In this document: piece after piece, positions 19,571 through 29,385 of the stretch
Layout of the letters: the number at the start of each line of letters is the position of its first letter
Numbering within the stretch: the first letter of the stretch is position 1
IMG/VR virus record: IMGVR_UViG_3300021256_002372
Span: 61,540-125,539 of that record
Strand: one strand, 5' to 3'
Length of the DNA stretch: 64,000 bases
DNA from: a virus
Lineage: Duplodnaviria > Caudoviricetes
Position numbers and translations under genes: made by a program
Notes under the pieces: model-generated
Told to the model about the DNA's origin: nothing
The model's input: only the letters and a program-made list of their open reading frames with translations
Database searches by the model: none

Positions 19571-19842
19571 TCAACGGTAGATTTTATTGCAGCGGTTTTA
19601 CAAAGATATTTCAAAAAACATCGAAATTTCGTTCTTCCCGAATATTACTTGTGTGAAACCTGCTGCTTACATATCGCACGGAGTTTCGTTACATAGCGCT
19701 ATTCAAAACGGCGAATTCAGGCGAAAAAACGCTTAAAAAATGCTATTTTTTATGTTTTTCCGCATATATACCGCAGCGCTTGGCGGAGCCCGTGTGGATA
19801 CCAAAAAGTACGGATCTAAGCAGAAATTGAGGTGACGGTTAC

Positions 19843-20142
19843 TTGACTGATAAGCAAAGAGAAGAAATTCGTCAAATGAGGCTAAATGGTCTCGGCTATA
19901 AAATCATCGCAAAGATGATAGGATCCAAAGAGAAAAATGTTTATGCGTATTGCAAAGCACATGGTCTTGCCGGCTCCGCTGAAATCGTTAAGCTCAACTA
20001 TCCGATTTGGTGTCAGCAGAACAGCCGCTGTCCGGTGTGCGGTACAAAAGTCACACAGCCGCGAACCGGCAGACGGAAGCAATTCTGCTCCGGTCGCTGC
20101 CGTACAAGATATTACCGAATGAAAAAAGACATGGAGGACTGA
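19843..20142 (+). CDS. HTH + zinc-ribbon protein
   Basis: GLGYKIIAKMIG HTH; CPVC..RRKQFCSGRCR. Confidence 0.7.
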   Translation: MTDKQREEIRQMRLNGLGYKIIAKMIGSKEKNVYAYCKAHGLAGSAEIVKLNYPIWCQQNSRCPVCGTKVTQPRTGRRKQFCSGRCRTRYYRMKKDMED

Positions 20143-20144
20143 AA

Positions 20145-20333
20145 ATGCTTGTAACCGTTTTGTGCCTTACTTACATGATGGTCATCATCCTGATCCATGC
20201 GATATGGATCACCTCGATCATCAAGCATGATGGCAAATGCCACTACCACGACTGCGGTCACTGTCCGTATGACGGCTGGTGTCCGATGCAGGAGGAAAAG
20301 CAACATGACACTGACAGAAAACTTCATTCGTAA
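20145..20333 (+). CDS. Small membrane protein with Cys-rich tail
   Basis: GGAGG RBS; hydrophobic N-terminus; CHYHDCGHCPYDGWC. Confidence 0.5.
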   Translation: MLVTVLCLTYMMVIILIHAIWITSIIKHDGKCHYHDCGHCPYDGWCPMQEEKQHDTDRKLHS

Positions 20334-20790
20334 TGCGATACAGCTTGACAGCGGTGCGGAGGTCATGTACGGCAGCGATCAGGTGTATGACACTTATCCT
20401 TGCCGCTTTCCAACTGTAGAGTTTCAGCTTGCGGCAACGGACGCTCTTGTGGAGGTCGCAGATCGTATCCGAATGGAGAACGGATTCCTCCCGATGCATC
20501 CGAGGGACGGGCGCACGGACGATGTTGACAATGACGGCTGGTACGACTTTTATATCGGGATCAGCAAGCTCCCCAGCGATCATAAGGAATGCAAACTTGA
20601 CAGCAGCATCAGCTTCGTGGTCGTCAATTCAGATTCCGATGACAACGAGGATATGTACACAATTGACCTGACTGAAACAGAACAGGCGTATGTGTATGAA
20701 ATACTGAACCGGCAGTGCCGGAAATATCATGGAAAGGACTGTGCCGAGCTTCTGGCAGAGTCCGAAAAGGAGCTGATGGATACAGCATGA
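20305..20790 (+). CDS. Hypothetical protein
   Basis: GGAGG RBS; coupled to nrdD. Confidence 0.6.
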   Translation: MTLTENFIRNAIQLDSGAEVMYGSDQVYDTYPCRFPTVEFQLAATDALVEVADRIRMENGFLPMHPRDGRTDDVDNDGWYDFYIGISKLPSDHKECKLDSSISFVVVNSDSDDNEDMYTIDLTETEQAYVYEILNRQCRKYHGKDCAELLAESEKELMDTA

Positions 20791-22928
20791 GAATTATTAA
20801 GCGGAACGGCGTAGAAGTGCCGTATGACTGCGAAAAGATACGAGCCGCGATCACGGCGGCGAATTCAGAGGTTGACGACCAGATCAGCGATACAGCTATC
20901 GGCTTTATTGTCGGTAATGTAGAAAAACGGTGCGATGCCCTTGCAAGACCTGTCCATGTCGAGGAAGTACAGGACATGGTTCTCGATGAACTGGACAAGG
21001 CCGAAGCGTACAAACTTGCACGGCACTACAGCGAATACAGACTACTGCACGAACAGCAGCGCAGGATGAACACCACAGACGGCAAAATTCTGAGCCTGCT
21101 CGAACGCAACAACGAGGAAGCAAAACAGGAGAATGCCAACAAAAACCCGATCATCAACAGCACCCTCCGTGACTATATGGCAGGCGAAGTCAGCAGAGAC
21201 ATCTGCCGCCGATTCCTGTTTCCAGCAGATGTGATCGCTGCCCATGATGAGGGTATCATCCATGTGCATGATCTGGACTACATTGCAGAGCCGATGCATA
21301 ACTGCTGTCTGGTCAATCTGGCGGATATGCTTCAGAACGGCACGGTGGTTTCCGGCACAATGATCGAAAAGCCGCACAGCTTTTCGACAGCCTGCAATAT
21401 CGCAACGCAGATCATTGCACAGGTCGCATCGAACCAGTACGGCGGGCAGACGATCAGTCTTGCACACCTTGCACCTTTTGTTGATGTCAGCCGTCAGAAG
21501 ATACGAGCTGAAGTATTCGAGGATGTGAACTGCGACTGCGGCGCAAAGTTGTCTGAAGATGAAATCGACCACATCGTTGAAAAGCGTGTACGCCGGGAAG
21601 TCAAGCGCGGCGTACAGACCATTCAGTACCAGATCAATACACTGCTCACCACCAACGGACAGACGCCGTTCGTGACAGTATTCATGTATCTCGATGAGGT
21701 TCCGGAGGGTCAGAACCGTGATGATCTTGCAATGATTATCGAGGAGACACTGCTTCAGCGCATCGAGGGTGTGAAAAATGAAAAGGGTGTCTGGATCACG
21801 CCGGCATTCCCCAAGCTGATCTATGTTCTCGATGAGGACAATATTCACGCAGACAGCAAGTATTACTACCTCACGGAGCTTGCGGCGAAGTGTACGGCAA
21901 AACGCATGGTTCCCGACTATATCTCCTCAAAGGTGATGCGAAAGCTCAAGGGCGATGTGTATGCCTGCATGGGTTGCCGCAGTTTTCTCACTCCTTCGAA
22001 CGATCACAAGTATTACGGGCGCTTCAATCAGGGTGTTGTGACGATCAATCTGGTGGATGTGGCGTGTTCTTCTGGTGGTGATGAGGATAAGTTCTGGCAG
22101 CTTCTGGATGAACGCTGTGACCTCTGCTTCAAGGCACTGATGTGCAGACATGAACGGCTCAAAGGAACGCCGTCCGATGTTGCGCCGATCCTCTGGCAGA
22201 ACGGTGCGCTGGCAAGACTGAAGGACGGCGAGATTATCGACGATCTTCTGTATAACAACTACAGTACCATTTCCCTTGGCTATGCAGGCATCGCAGAGAT
22301 GACCTATCGTATGACAGGCTGTTCGCATACAGAGCCAGACGGAAAAGCATTTGCACTGAAAGTTATGCGATTCCTAAACGACAAGTGCAGCAAATGGAGA
22401 GCCGAGACAAATATCAGCTTCTCACTGTACGGAACGCCGATGGAGACCGTCACCTACAAATTCGCTCAGTGCCTTCAGCGCAGACATGGCATCATTCCTC
22501 ATGTGACGGATAAAAGCTATATCACCAACAGCTATCACGTTCATGTCACCGAGCCGATCGATGCGTTTTCAAAGCTGACCTTTGAAGCGGAGTTTCAGGC
22601 GCTTTCTCCGGGCGGTGCGATCTCCTATGTGGAAGTACCGAATCTGCAGAACAACATCCCAGCGGTACTGGCGCTGATGCGGCATATCTACGAAACAATT
22701 CTGTATGCCGAGCTGAACACCAAGTCTGATTACTGTCAGGCCTGCGGCTATGACGGCGAGATACAGATCACCGAGGAGGACGGCAAGCTGATCTGGGAAT
22801 GCCCGAACTGCGGCAACCGCGATCAGCGCACACTGAATGTCTGCCGCCGCACCTGCGGTTACCTCGGAACGCAGTTCTGGAATCAGGGGCGCACCGCTGA
22901 GATCAAAGACCGGGTGATGCACCTGTGA
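20787..22928 (+). CDS. nrdD: Anaerobic (class III) ribonucleoside-triphosphate reductase
   Basis: ATP-cone IIKRNG, HNCC, MGCRSFL, CQAC..CPNC, glycyl radical RRTCGYL. Confidence 0.96.
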   Translation: MRIIKRNGVEVPYDCEKIRAAITAANSEVDDQISDTAIGFIVGNVEKRCDALARPVHVEEVQDMVLDELDKAEAYKLARHYSEYRLLHEQQRRMNTTDGKILSLLERNNEEAKQENANKNPIINSTLRDYMAGEVSRDICRRFLFPADVIAAHDEGIIHVHDLDYIAEPMHNCCLVNLADMLQNGTVVSGTMIEKPHSFSTACNIATQIIAQVASNQYGGQTISLAHLAPFVDVSRQKIRAEVFEDVNCDCGAKLSEDEIDHIVEKRVRREVKRGVQTIQYQINTLLTTNGQTPFVTVFMYLDEVPEGQNRDDLAMIIEETLLQRIEGVKNEKGVWITPAFPKLIYVLDEDNIHADSKYYYLTELAAKCTAKRMVPDYISSKVMRKLKGDVYACMGCRSFLTPSNDHKYYGRFNQGVVTINLVDVACSSGGDEDKFWQLLDERCDLCFKALMCRHERLKGTPSDVAPILWQNGALARLKDGEIIDDLLYNNYSTISLGYAGIAEMTYRMTGCSHTEPDGKAFALKVMRFLNDKCSKWRAETNISFSLYGTPMETVTYKFAQCLQRRHGIIPHVTDKSYITNSYHVHVTEPIDAFSKLTFEAEFQALSPGGAISYVEVPNLQNNIPAVLALMRHIYETILYAELNTKSDYCQACGYDGEIQITEEDGKLIWECPNCGNRDQRTLNVCRRTCGYLGTQFWNQGRTAEIKDRVMHL

Positions 22929-23446
22929 ATTACTGTGGTCTAAATAAAAACGATATTGCCAACGGCGAAGGTGTCCGTGTATCGCTGTTCGTCAGCGGAT
23001 GCCGGAATCACTGCAAGGGCTGCCACAACCCTGAGGCATGGGACTTCAGCTACGGGAAACCCTTTACAGCCGAAACCGAAAAAGAGATTATCGATGCCCT
23101 GCGTCCTTCTTGGATACAGGGTATTTCCATACTTGGCGGTGAACCCTGCGAGGAGGAAAACGAGCGTGTGCTGTTGCCGCTACTGAAGAAGATATGGTGG
23201 GAGATGCCGGAAAAAGATATCTGGCTCTATTCCGGATACACCTACGAGATGCTGCGTGGTGAGGAGATACTCCACTATGTCGATGTGCTTGTGGACGGTC
23301 CGTTCCTGTTGGAACAGAAGGACATCTCCCTTCCGTTCCGGGGCAGCCGAAATCAGCGCATCCTCCGTCTGCGAGGCGGTGAGGCGGTCGGGTACCCCGC
23401 CCTCAGTCGAGGGGGCGGAGCTTCCGGGCGTACACCTTCTCGATGA
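22925..23446 (+). CDS. nrdG: Anaerobic RNR activase (radical SAM)
   Basis: SLFVSGCRNHCKGCHN, LGGEP, VLVDGPF, FRGSRNQR. Confidence 0.95.
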   Translation: MNYCGLNKNDIANGEGVRVSLFVSGCRNHCKGCHNPEAWDFSYGKPFTAETEKEIIDALRPSWIQGISILGGEPCEEENERVLLPLLKKIWWEMPEKDIWLYSGYTYEMLRGEEILHYVDVLVDGPFLLEQKDISLPFRGSRNQRILRLRGGEAVGYPALSRGGGASGRTPSR

Positions 23447-23591
23447 ACTGCCGCTGGCGGTCGCTTTCCAGCTCGTAGACCACCCGGTGGTGGTTCCGGT
23501 CGATCTGCTCAAGCAGGATGACATGGTCGCGCATGGCGGTCTTGAACTGTGCGCCCTTCTGGTAGTTGTTGATGATAACCTCGTACTTCAT
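23403..23591 (-). CDS. 62-aa hypothetical protein of an inverted orphan cassette
   Basis: Preceded on the minus strand by the array promoter module and ACGGAGGA RBS. Confidence 0.7.
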   Translation of the reverse strand: MKYEVIINNYQKGAQFKTAMRDHVILLEQIDRNHHRVVYELESDRQRQFIEKVYARKLRPLD

Positions 23592-23730
23592 ATCTGTATC
23601 CTCCGTGTTCTGTATTCAGTGGGGTTTCCCCCGTTCCGTTGTATCCATATTACCACGTTATCGGGGTAATAGCAAGCGGCTAAATGTACAGAACATCGGG
23701 CGCAGATAAAGCACATTCTTTGTGCAGATC
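23592..23730 (-). promoter_or_regulatory. Inverted copy of the array promoter module
   Basis: Minus strand reads TTCTGTACATTTAGCCGC-TTGCTA-N17-TAATAT-GGATACAACGG..ACGGAGGA. Confidence 0.85.
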
Positions 23731-23750
23731 ATGACAGGGAAAGGAGCCAT

Positions 23751-24086
23751 ATGAACAAGAAAACCAAGAAAAGCAAACCTCGCATTGTCCTGAAAAATGC
23801 GGTGCGGTGTGATAAGTGCGGATGTGCCTTTGTACCGGAGTCGAAAACGCAACGCGAGGGCGAGATCGAGTACAGCTACTTCAACTGCGACTACTGCGGC
23901 AAAGCATATCTTGTTTCCGTGACGGATGCAGACCTTCGCAAGGATATTCGCAGATACAGAACACTTGCAGAAAAGCACAAGATCAAGCCACTGAATGAGC
24001 AGTCGCTCCGCGAGTTGGCTTTGCTGAAGGAGCAGAACTTAAAACGAGCCGCAAAGCTGCGGCAGATATATATTCTGGAGGGATGA
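23751..24086 (+). CDS. Zinc-ribbon hypothetical protein
   Basis: CDKC..CDYC; AAGGAG RBS. Confidence 0.6.
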   Translation: MNKKTKKSKPRIVLKNAVRCDKCGCAFVPESKTQREGEIEYSYFNCDYCGKAYLVSVTDADLRKDIRRYRTLAEKHKIKPLNEQSLRELALLKEQNLKRAAKLRQIYILEG

Positions 24087-24087
24087 G

Positions 24088-25359
24088 ATGAAAACAGCAG
24101 AACTTCGTGTGATCCCTGTCACGGAGCTGAAGCCTGCGGCATACAACCCGCGCAAAAAACTGAAGCCCGGCGACAAGGAATACGAAAAGATCAAAAACAG
24201 CATCGAGGAATTCGGCTTTGCCGATCCGCTGGTTGTCAACGCTGACATGACCATCATCGGCGGACACCAGCGACTGACCGTAGCAATGGCACTCGGCTAC
24301 ACCGAGGTACCCTGTGCGGTGGTGGACATCGACAAGGTTCGTGAAAAGGCACTGAACATTGCGCTCAACAAGATCACGGGTGCATGGGACGAGAGCCTTC
24401 TGGCTGAACTGTTGCAGGACATTCAGGACAGCGATTTCGACCTCGGTAAGACCGGCTTTGACCCGCCGGAGATCGAGCAGCTTTTCAATCAGGTACACGA
24501 TAAGCAGGTCAAAGAGGACAGCTTCGATGTGGAGGAGGAACTGAAAAAGCCGACCTTCTCCCAGCCGGGAGATATCTGGATCCTCGGCAGGCATCGTGTG
24601 ATCTGCGGCGACAGCACAGTCGCTGACACATACACAAAGCTGATGGAAGGACAGAAAGCAAACCTCGTCCTGACGGACCCGCCTTACAATGTGGACGTTG
24701 AGGAGACCGCCGGCAAGATCATGAACGACAACATGAGCGACAGCGATTTCTACAACTTCCTGCTCGCCGCCTATAAATGTATGTATGACAGTCTTGCCGA
24801 TGACGGCAGCATCTATGTGTGGCACGCCGATACGGAAGGACTGAACTTCCGAAAGGCATTCAAAGATGCAGGATTCCAGCTTTCCGGCTGCTGTATCTGG
24901 AAGAAGAATTCGTTGGTGCTTGGGCGCAGTCCCTATCAGTGGATCCATGAGCCGTGCCTGTTCGGATGGAAGCAGAAGGGCAAGCACCAGTGGTATGCAG
25001 ACCGCAAGCAGACGACTGTCTGGGAATATGACAAGCCGAAAAGCAGCCCCGACCATCCGACCACAAAGCCGATCCCGCTGATGGCATATCCGATCAAGAA
25101 CAGTACCATGACCAACGGCATTGTGCTAGATCCGTTCCTCGGCTCCGGCTCTACGCTGATTGCCTGCTGCGAAACAGACCGTGTCTGCCGCGGCATCGAG
25201 CTTGATCCGAAATTCGTGGATGTCATCGTGAAGCGATACCTCGCATGGTGCCGGGATAAGCAGACCGCAGAGGTTGCCTATGTTATCCGTGACGGACAGA
25301 AGCTGTCATACGAGGAAGCGGTCGCAGCGATGCCGCAGGACGGTGATGCTGTTGAGTGA
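24088..25359 (+). CDS. ParB-N domain + N6/N4 DNA methyltransferase
   Basis: YNPRK..IIGGHQR; DPPY; HPTTKP; LDPFLGSGST. Confidence 0.93.
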   Translation: MKTAELRVIPVTELKPAAYNPRKKLKPGDKEYEKIKNSIEEFGFADPLVVNADMTIIGGHQRLTVAMALGYTEVPCAVVDIDKVREKALNIALNKITGAWDESLLAELLQDIQDSDFDLGKTGFDPPEIEQLFNQVHDKQVKEDSFDVEEELKKPTFSQPGDIWILGRHRVICGDSTVADTYTKLMEGQKANLVLTDPPYNVDVEETAGKIMNDNMSDSDFYNFLLAAYKCMYDSLADDGSIYVWHADTEGLNFRKAFKDAGFQLSGCCIWKKNSLVLGRSPYQWIHEPCLFGWKQKGKHQWYADRKQTTVWEYDKPKSSPDHPTTKPIPLMAYPIKNSTMTNGIVLDPFLGSGSTLIACCETDRVCRGIELDPKFVDVIVKRYLAWCRDKQTAEVAYVIRDGQKLSYEEAVAAMPQDGDAVE

Positions 25360-26119
25360 AGTAAAATGCGTTCTCATACACGATAATTTCCAGAACTACA
25401 AAGGCTATAGCATTCCGAGGGCGCAGCTCGTCATAGCAGACATTCCGTACAACATCGGTAGCGACTTTTATGCCAGTCGCCCGGACTGGTATGTGAATGG
25501 TGACAATCAGAACGGCGAAAGCAGCAAAGCGCACAAGGCGGCATTCCACACCGACTACTCGTTCAATATTGCTGAGTATTTCGCATTCTGCAACCGGCTG
25601 CTCAAAAAGGAGCCGTCCAAAGGTGGAAAGGACGCTCCCTGCATGATCGTATTCTGTGCGTTTCAGCAGATACCGGAGGTCATCCGGCAGGCAGAGAAAT
25701 ACGGCTTCAAGCACTACCAGTTTTTGTGCTTTATGAAGAACTACAGTCCGCAGGTGCTGAAGGCAAACATGAGGATCGTGGGTGCTACCGAATATGCGCT
25801 GGTGCTGTATCGGGGCAAGCTGCCGAAGTTCCGCAATACCGATGTGGACGGCAAGCGGCACATGATCTTCGACCATTTCGAATGGGTGCGGGACGGCAAA
25901 GATATCCCGAAGATACATCCAAGCCAGAAGCCGGTGAATCTGCTGAAGCGCCTGATCGGAATATTTACCGATGAGGGTGATGTGGTCATCGACCCTTGCG
26001 CCGGTTCCGGCTCAACACTCCGTGCGGCACGGGAGCTTGGCAGACACAGCTACGGCTTTGAAGTCAGTAGAGATTTTTATATCAAAGCCCGTGAGCAGAT
26101 GCTCGGAGGTGCGGAATGA
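25346..26119 (+). CDS. N6/N4 DNA methyltransferase (DIPY variant)
   Basis: ADIPYN; HPSQKP; IDPCAGSGST. Confidence 0.88.
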   Translation: MLLSEVKCVLIHDNFQNYKGYSIPRAQLVIADIPYNIGSDFYASRPDWYVNGDNQNGESSKAHKAAFHTDYSFNIAEYFAFCNRLLKKEPSKGGKDAPCMIVFCAFQQIPEVIRQAEKYGFKHYQFLCFMKNYSPQVLKANMRIVGATEYALVLYRGKLPKFRNTDVDGKRHMIFDHFEWVRDGKDIPKIHPSQKPVNLLKRLIGIFTDEGDVVIDPCAGSGSTLRAARELGRHSYGFEVSRDFYIKAREQMLGGAE

Positions 26120-26322
26120 CGAAACAGGAATGTGCCATCGTGACAGCATACACAGGGTTCGCAATGCTGAAAGGCAGCGACCTGAAATATCTGTACAATT
26201 ATCTCTCCGGTTTCATCGGCAGACCGGTGTATTCACACGAAATACCTGCGGTCGCTGAAAGCTACAAGGAACAAATACGAGAAGATTTCCTTGCCCTGTG
26301 CAGGAACGCTGCTGATGACTGA
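26116..26322 (+). CDS. Small hypothetical protein
   Basis: Overlaps both neighbours; GGAGG RBS. Confidence 0.6.
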   Translation: MTKQECAIVTAYTGFAMLKGSDLKYLYNYLSGFIGRPVYSHEIPAVAESYKEQIREDFLALCRNAADD

Positions 26323-26950
26323 TCTTGTAAAAAGCATTGGCTATGATCAGGGAGAGATCATCCGGAATATTCTGAAGCTCCATGTGCCGGAGGGAAAGAT
26401 CGACTGTGATCCGACCTTCAGCACAGGGGCTTTTTACAACGGTACAGGCATTGCGCTCCCTGAGTACCGCTTTGATATTTCTCCGCAGCGGAGCGATGTG
26501 ATACAGGCGGATGCACGGCATCTTCCGCTTATCGACAGCAGTATTTCGTGCATGATGCTCGATCCGCCGTTTCTGGCGACCAAAGGAAAATCGCTGAACA
26601 GCACTGACGGCAACATCATCAACAGGCGTTTCGGTGTATATCCCGATGAAAAGAGCCTGCACCGCTGCTACTCAGATATGCTCGCCGAGGCATACAGAGT
26701 TCTGAAACCGGACGGCATCCTGATCTTCAAATGTCAGGACAAAGTCAGCAGCGGCAAGCAGTATATGAGCCATGTGTATATCATGAACGAGGCTGTGCGG
26801 ATAGGCTTTTACCCGAAAGACCTGTTTATCCTGCTTGCCAAAAGCCGTCTGGTAGCTGATTGGCAGAAAAGAAATCAACGGAACAGCCGTAGATATCACA
26901 GTTATTTCTGGGTGTTTCAAAAAAATAACAGGCGCATCGAGTACGCCTGA
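26315..26950 (+). CDS. DNA adenine methyltransferase-like protein
   Basis: DCDPTFSTG, LDPPF, EAYRVLKPDG, KCQD. Confidence 0.8.
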   Translation: MTDLVKSIGYDQGEIIRNILKLHVPEGKIDCDPTFSTGAFYNGTGIALPEYRFDISPQRSDVIQADARHLPLIDSSISCMMLDPPFLATKGKSLNSTDGNIINRRFGVYPDEKSLHRCYSDMLAEAYRVLKPDGILIFKCQDKVSSGKQYMSHVYIMNEAVRIGFYPKDLFILLAKSRLVADWQKRNQRNSRRYHSYFWVFQKNNRRIEYA

Positions 26951-26963
26951 GATCGGAGGTAAA

Positions 26964-29123
26964 ATGGAACAGAGAAAACTGACCCTCGGCAGTCTGTTTG
27001 ACGGCTCCGGGGGCTTTCCGCTTGGCGGCATCCTCGCAGGGATCGAGCCGAAGTGGAGCAGTGAAATTGAACCGTTCCCGGTGCTTGTTACACACAAACG
27101 GCTTCCAGGCGTGAAGCATTACGGTGATGTATCCAAACTCAGCGGCGCAGAGCTGCCGCCTGTGGATATCATCACATTCGGCAGTCCGTGTCAGGACCTG
27201 TCGATCGCCGGCAAGCGTGCCGGAATCCATGACGGTGACCGGTCAAACCTGTTCTTTCAGGCGATCCGTATCATCAAAGAAATGAGGGATGCAACAAATG
27301 GACGATACCCGCGATACTGCGTCTGGGAGAATGTTCCCGGCGCTTTCTCCTCCCACGGAGGAGACGATTTCAAAGCTGTCCTCGAAGCAGTTATCGGAAT
27401 TAAAGAAGAAGGGATCGAGGTGCCTTCGCCTGAGAATCACCGATGGCCAAAGTCGGACATATATCTGGGAAACGGATGGAGCGTGGCTTACCGAGTTTTC
27501 GACGCTCAATACTGGGGTGTGCCCCAGCGAAGGGCAAGAATCTACCTTGTCGCAGATCTTGCTGGCGGAAGTGCCGGAGAAGTATTATTTAAGTCCGAAG
27601 GCATGTCTGGGTATACTCCGCAGGGCTTCCGTGCGTGGCAAGGAACTGCCGGAGGTGCTGAAGAAGGCGCTGGAGAGACAGGCGGGCGGTCTGACACTGG
27701 AGGTGGAACCCTCTGCGTAAACTGTCAGGGTACTTCCGGTGTCGGTATCACAGAGGAAATGGCACTCGCACTGGTCGCACAGGATCACGGCAATCATCCG
27801 GCGGTTCTTCATGCTGTCGGCATTGACGGCTACAACGCAGCGGTCACCGATGACACAGCGGCAACGCTCGGTGTGAACTGCGGGATGTCTACCGGAAGAA
27901 ACGGTGTCCTGCAGGCGGCAGGCTTTTCAACGGAACACAGCGCAAAGGCACGAAGCATCGGCTACGAGGAAGAGGTATCTCCCACACTGAGAGCCGGTGT
28001 CGTTCCGGCAGCACTCTCCGTGGAGAATCATCCGACAGACGGAAGAATCCGTATCCGTGAAGATGACACCTGCCAGACACTTTGCAGCAGAGCCGGGACA
28101 GGCGGCAATAATGTACCGCTTGTGGCAGAACCGATAACGCTGAAGATTCGCTGCGGTAAGCCAGGAGGCGGCAAAGGGGCGCAGGTCACTCGTGACAAAT
28201 CGTCTACACTATCTACCAACAACGACCAGACGCTCTTTCAGCCGGAGGTCAGGGCTTTCGGTGTATGCAGCAAGCATTCCAATGCGATGATGTCGGACAA
28301 CCCGCACAGCGGCTTTTACGAAGCGACAACAAGCAGAACGCTCGATCAGAGCGGCGGAAATTCCGTGACCTCGAATCAGGGCGGCATCTGCGTGGTAGCA
28401 CCTGCGCCGGAAACATTCGATGTACGTTTCACATCGGACGGCACAAAAAATGCCAGAGGGCATTGTTATCCGACCGAGATCTCCCGCTGTCTTGATACGA
28501 GTGAAGCAAACCCGGACAGCAATCACGGCGGCATTGCCGTTGTCGAGCCGGAAACCTATTCTCTGCAAGGCTCGATGATCGGTCGTGCTGACCAGAACGG
28601 TCCGCAGGGTGACGGCATTAACGAGGGCGTTTGCTTTACGCTGAATGCCACCGATCATCATGCGGTCGCTGCGCCGGAGCCTGACCATTATTCCACAAGC
28701 AAGAATTCCCATCATACCGTGGCGGCACATGAACAGGCAAACACGCTGGTCGCATCCGACTGGAAGGATCCGCCGCTCGTGAACGACCTTCCGAATGACG
28801 AGCCGGTGTATATCGTCCGCCGCCTGACTCCGGTGGAGTGCGCCCGCTTACAGGGATTCCCGGACTGGTGGTGCGCCGACCTTGCGATCCCCGATCCGAC
28901 CGATGCGGAGATCGCTTTCTGGGCTGAGGTATGGGAGACTTGGCGGCAGGTCACCAATCCCAAGGGCAAGCCGAAAACGGAAAAGCAGATCTGCAAATGG
29001 CTGTCTGATCCGTACACCGACTCCGCAGAGTACAAGCTGTGGGGCAACGGCGTGGCGCTTCCTTGCACTTATTTTGTGCTTTCCGGCATCGCATGGGCGG
29101 CGCAGAGAGATACACAAAAGTGA
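26964..29123 (+). CDS. DNA cytosine-C5 methyltransferase with expanded variable region
   Basis: FDGSGG, GSPCQD, WENVPG, QRRARIY, RRLTPVECARLQGFPD, WGNGV. Confidence 0.93.
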   Translation: MEQRKLTLGSLFDGSGGFPLGGILAGIEPKWSSEIEPFPVLVTHKRLPGVKHYGDVSKLSGAELPPVDIITFGSPCQDLSIAGKRAGIHDGDRSNLFFQAIRIIKEMRDATNGRYPRYCVWENVPGAFSSHGGDDFKAVLEAVIGIKEEGIEVPSPENHRWPKSDIYLGNGWSVAYRVFDAQYWGVPQRRARIYLVADLAGGSAGEVLFKSEGMSGYTPQGFRAWQGTAGGAEEGAGETGGRSDTGGGTLCVNCQGTSGVGITEEMALALVAQDHGNHPAVLHAVGIDGYNAAVTDDTAATLGVNCGMSTGRNGVLQAAGFSTEHSAKARSIGYEEEVSPTLRAGVVPAALSVENHPTDGRIRIREDDTCQTLCSRAGTGGNNVPLVAEPITLKIRCGKPGGGKGAQVTRDKSSTLSTNNDQTLFQPEVRAFGVCSKHSNAMMSDNPHSGFYEATTSRTLDQSGGNSVTSNQGGICVVAPAPETFDVRFTSDGTKNARGHCYPTEISRCLDTSEANPDSNHGGIAVVEPETYSLQGSMIGRADQNGPQGDGINEGVCFTLNATDHHAVAAPEPDHYSTSKNSHHTVAAHEQANTLVASDWKDPPLVNDLPNDEPVYIVRRLTPVECARLQGFPDWWCADLAIPDPTDAEIAFWAEVWETWRQVTNPKGKPKTEKQICKWLSDPYTDSAEYKLWGNGVALPCTYFVLSGIAWAAQRDTQK

Positions 29124-29385
29124 ACGCATAACGCGCCCGTTCTGAAAGCATCGGAAAATGCCGATTCTGCGCGCGTACTACTCTATTCAGATACACCTTG
29201 CAGCAAATTGTGAACGAAGTGATACTATGTAAACACTTCTTCTGGGGAATATCCGTGATATGCACAAACATCGGCGGATAATTCCCCCGTACATTCTCCG
29301 TTTTACAGTCTTGATTATTTTCCCGACATGGCGTAATATGTGACTACCGCCAGACAAGGCGAGAAACGAAAAGGAGCGTAAACAT

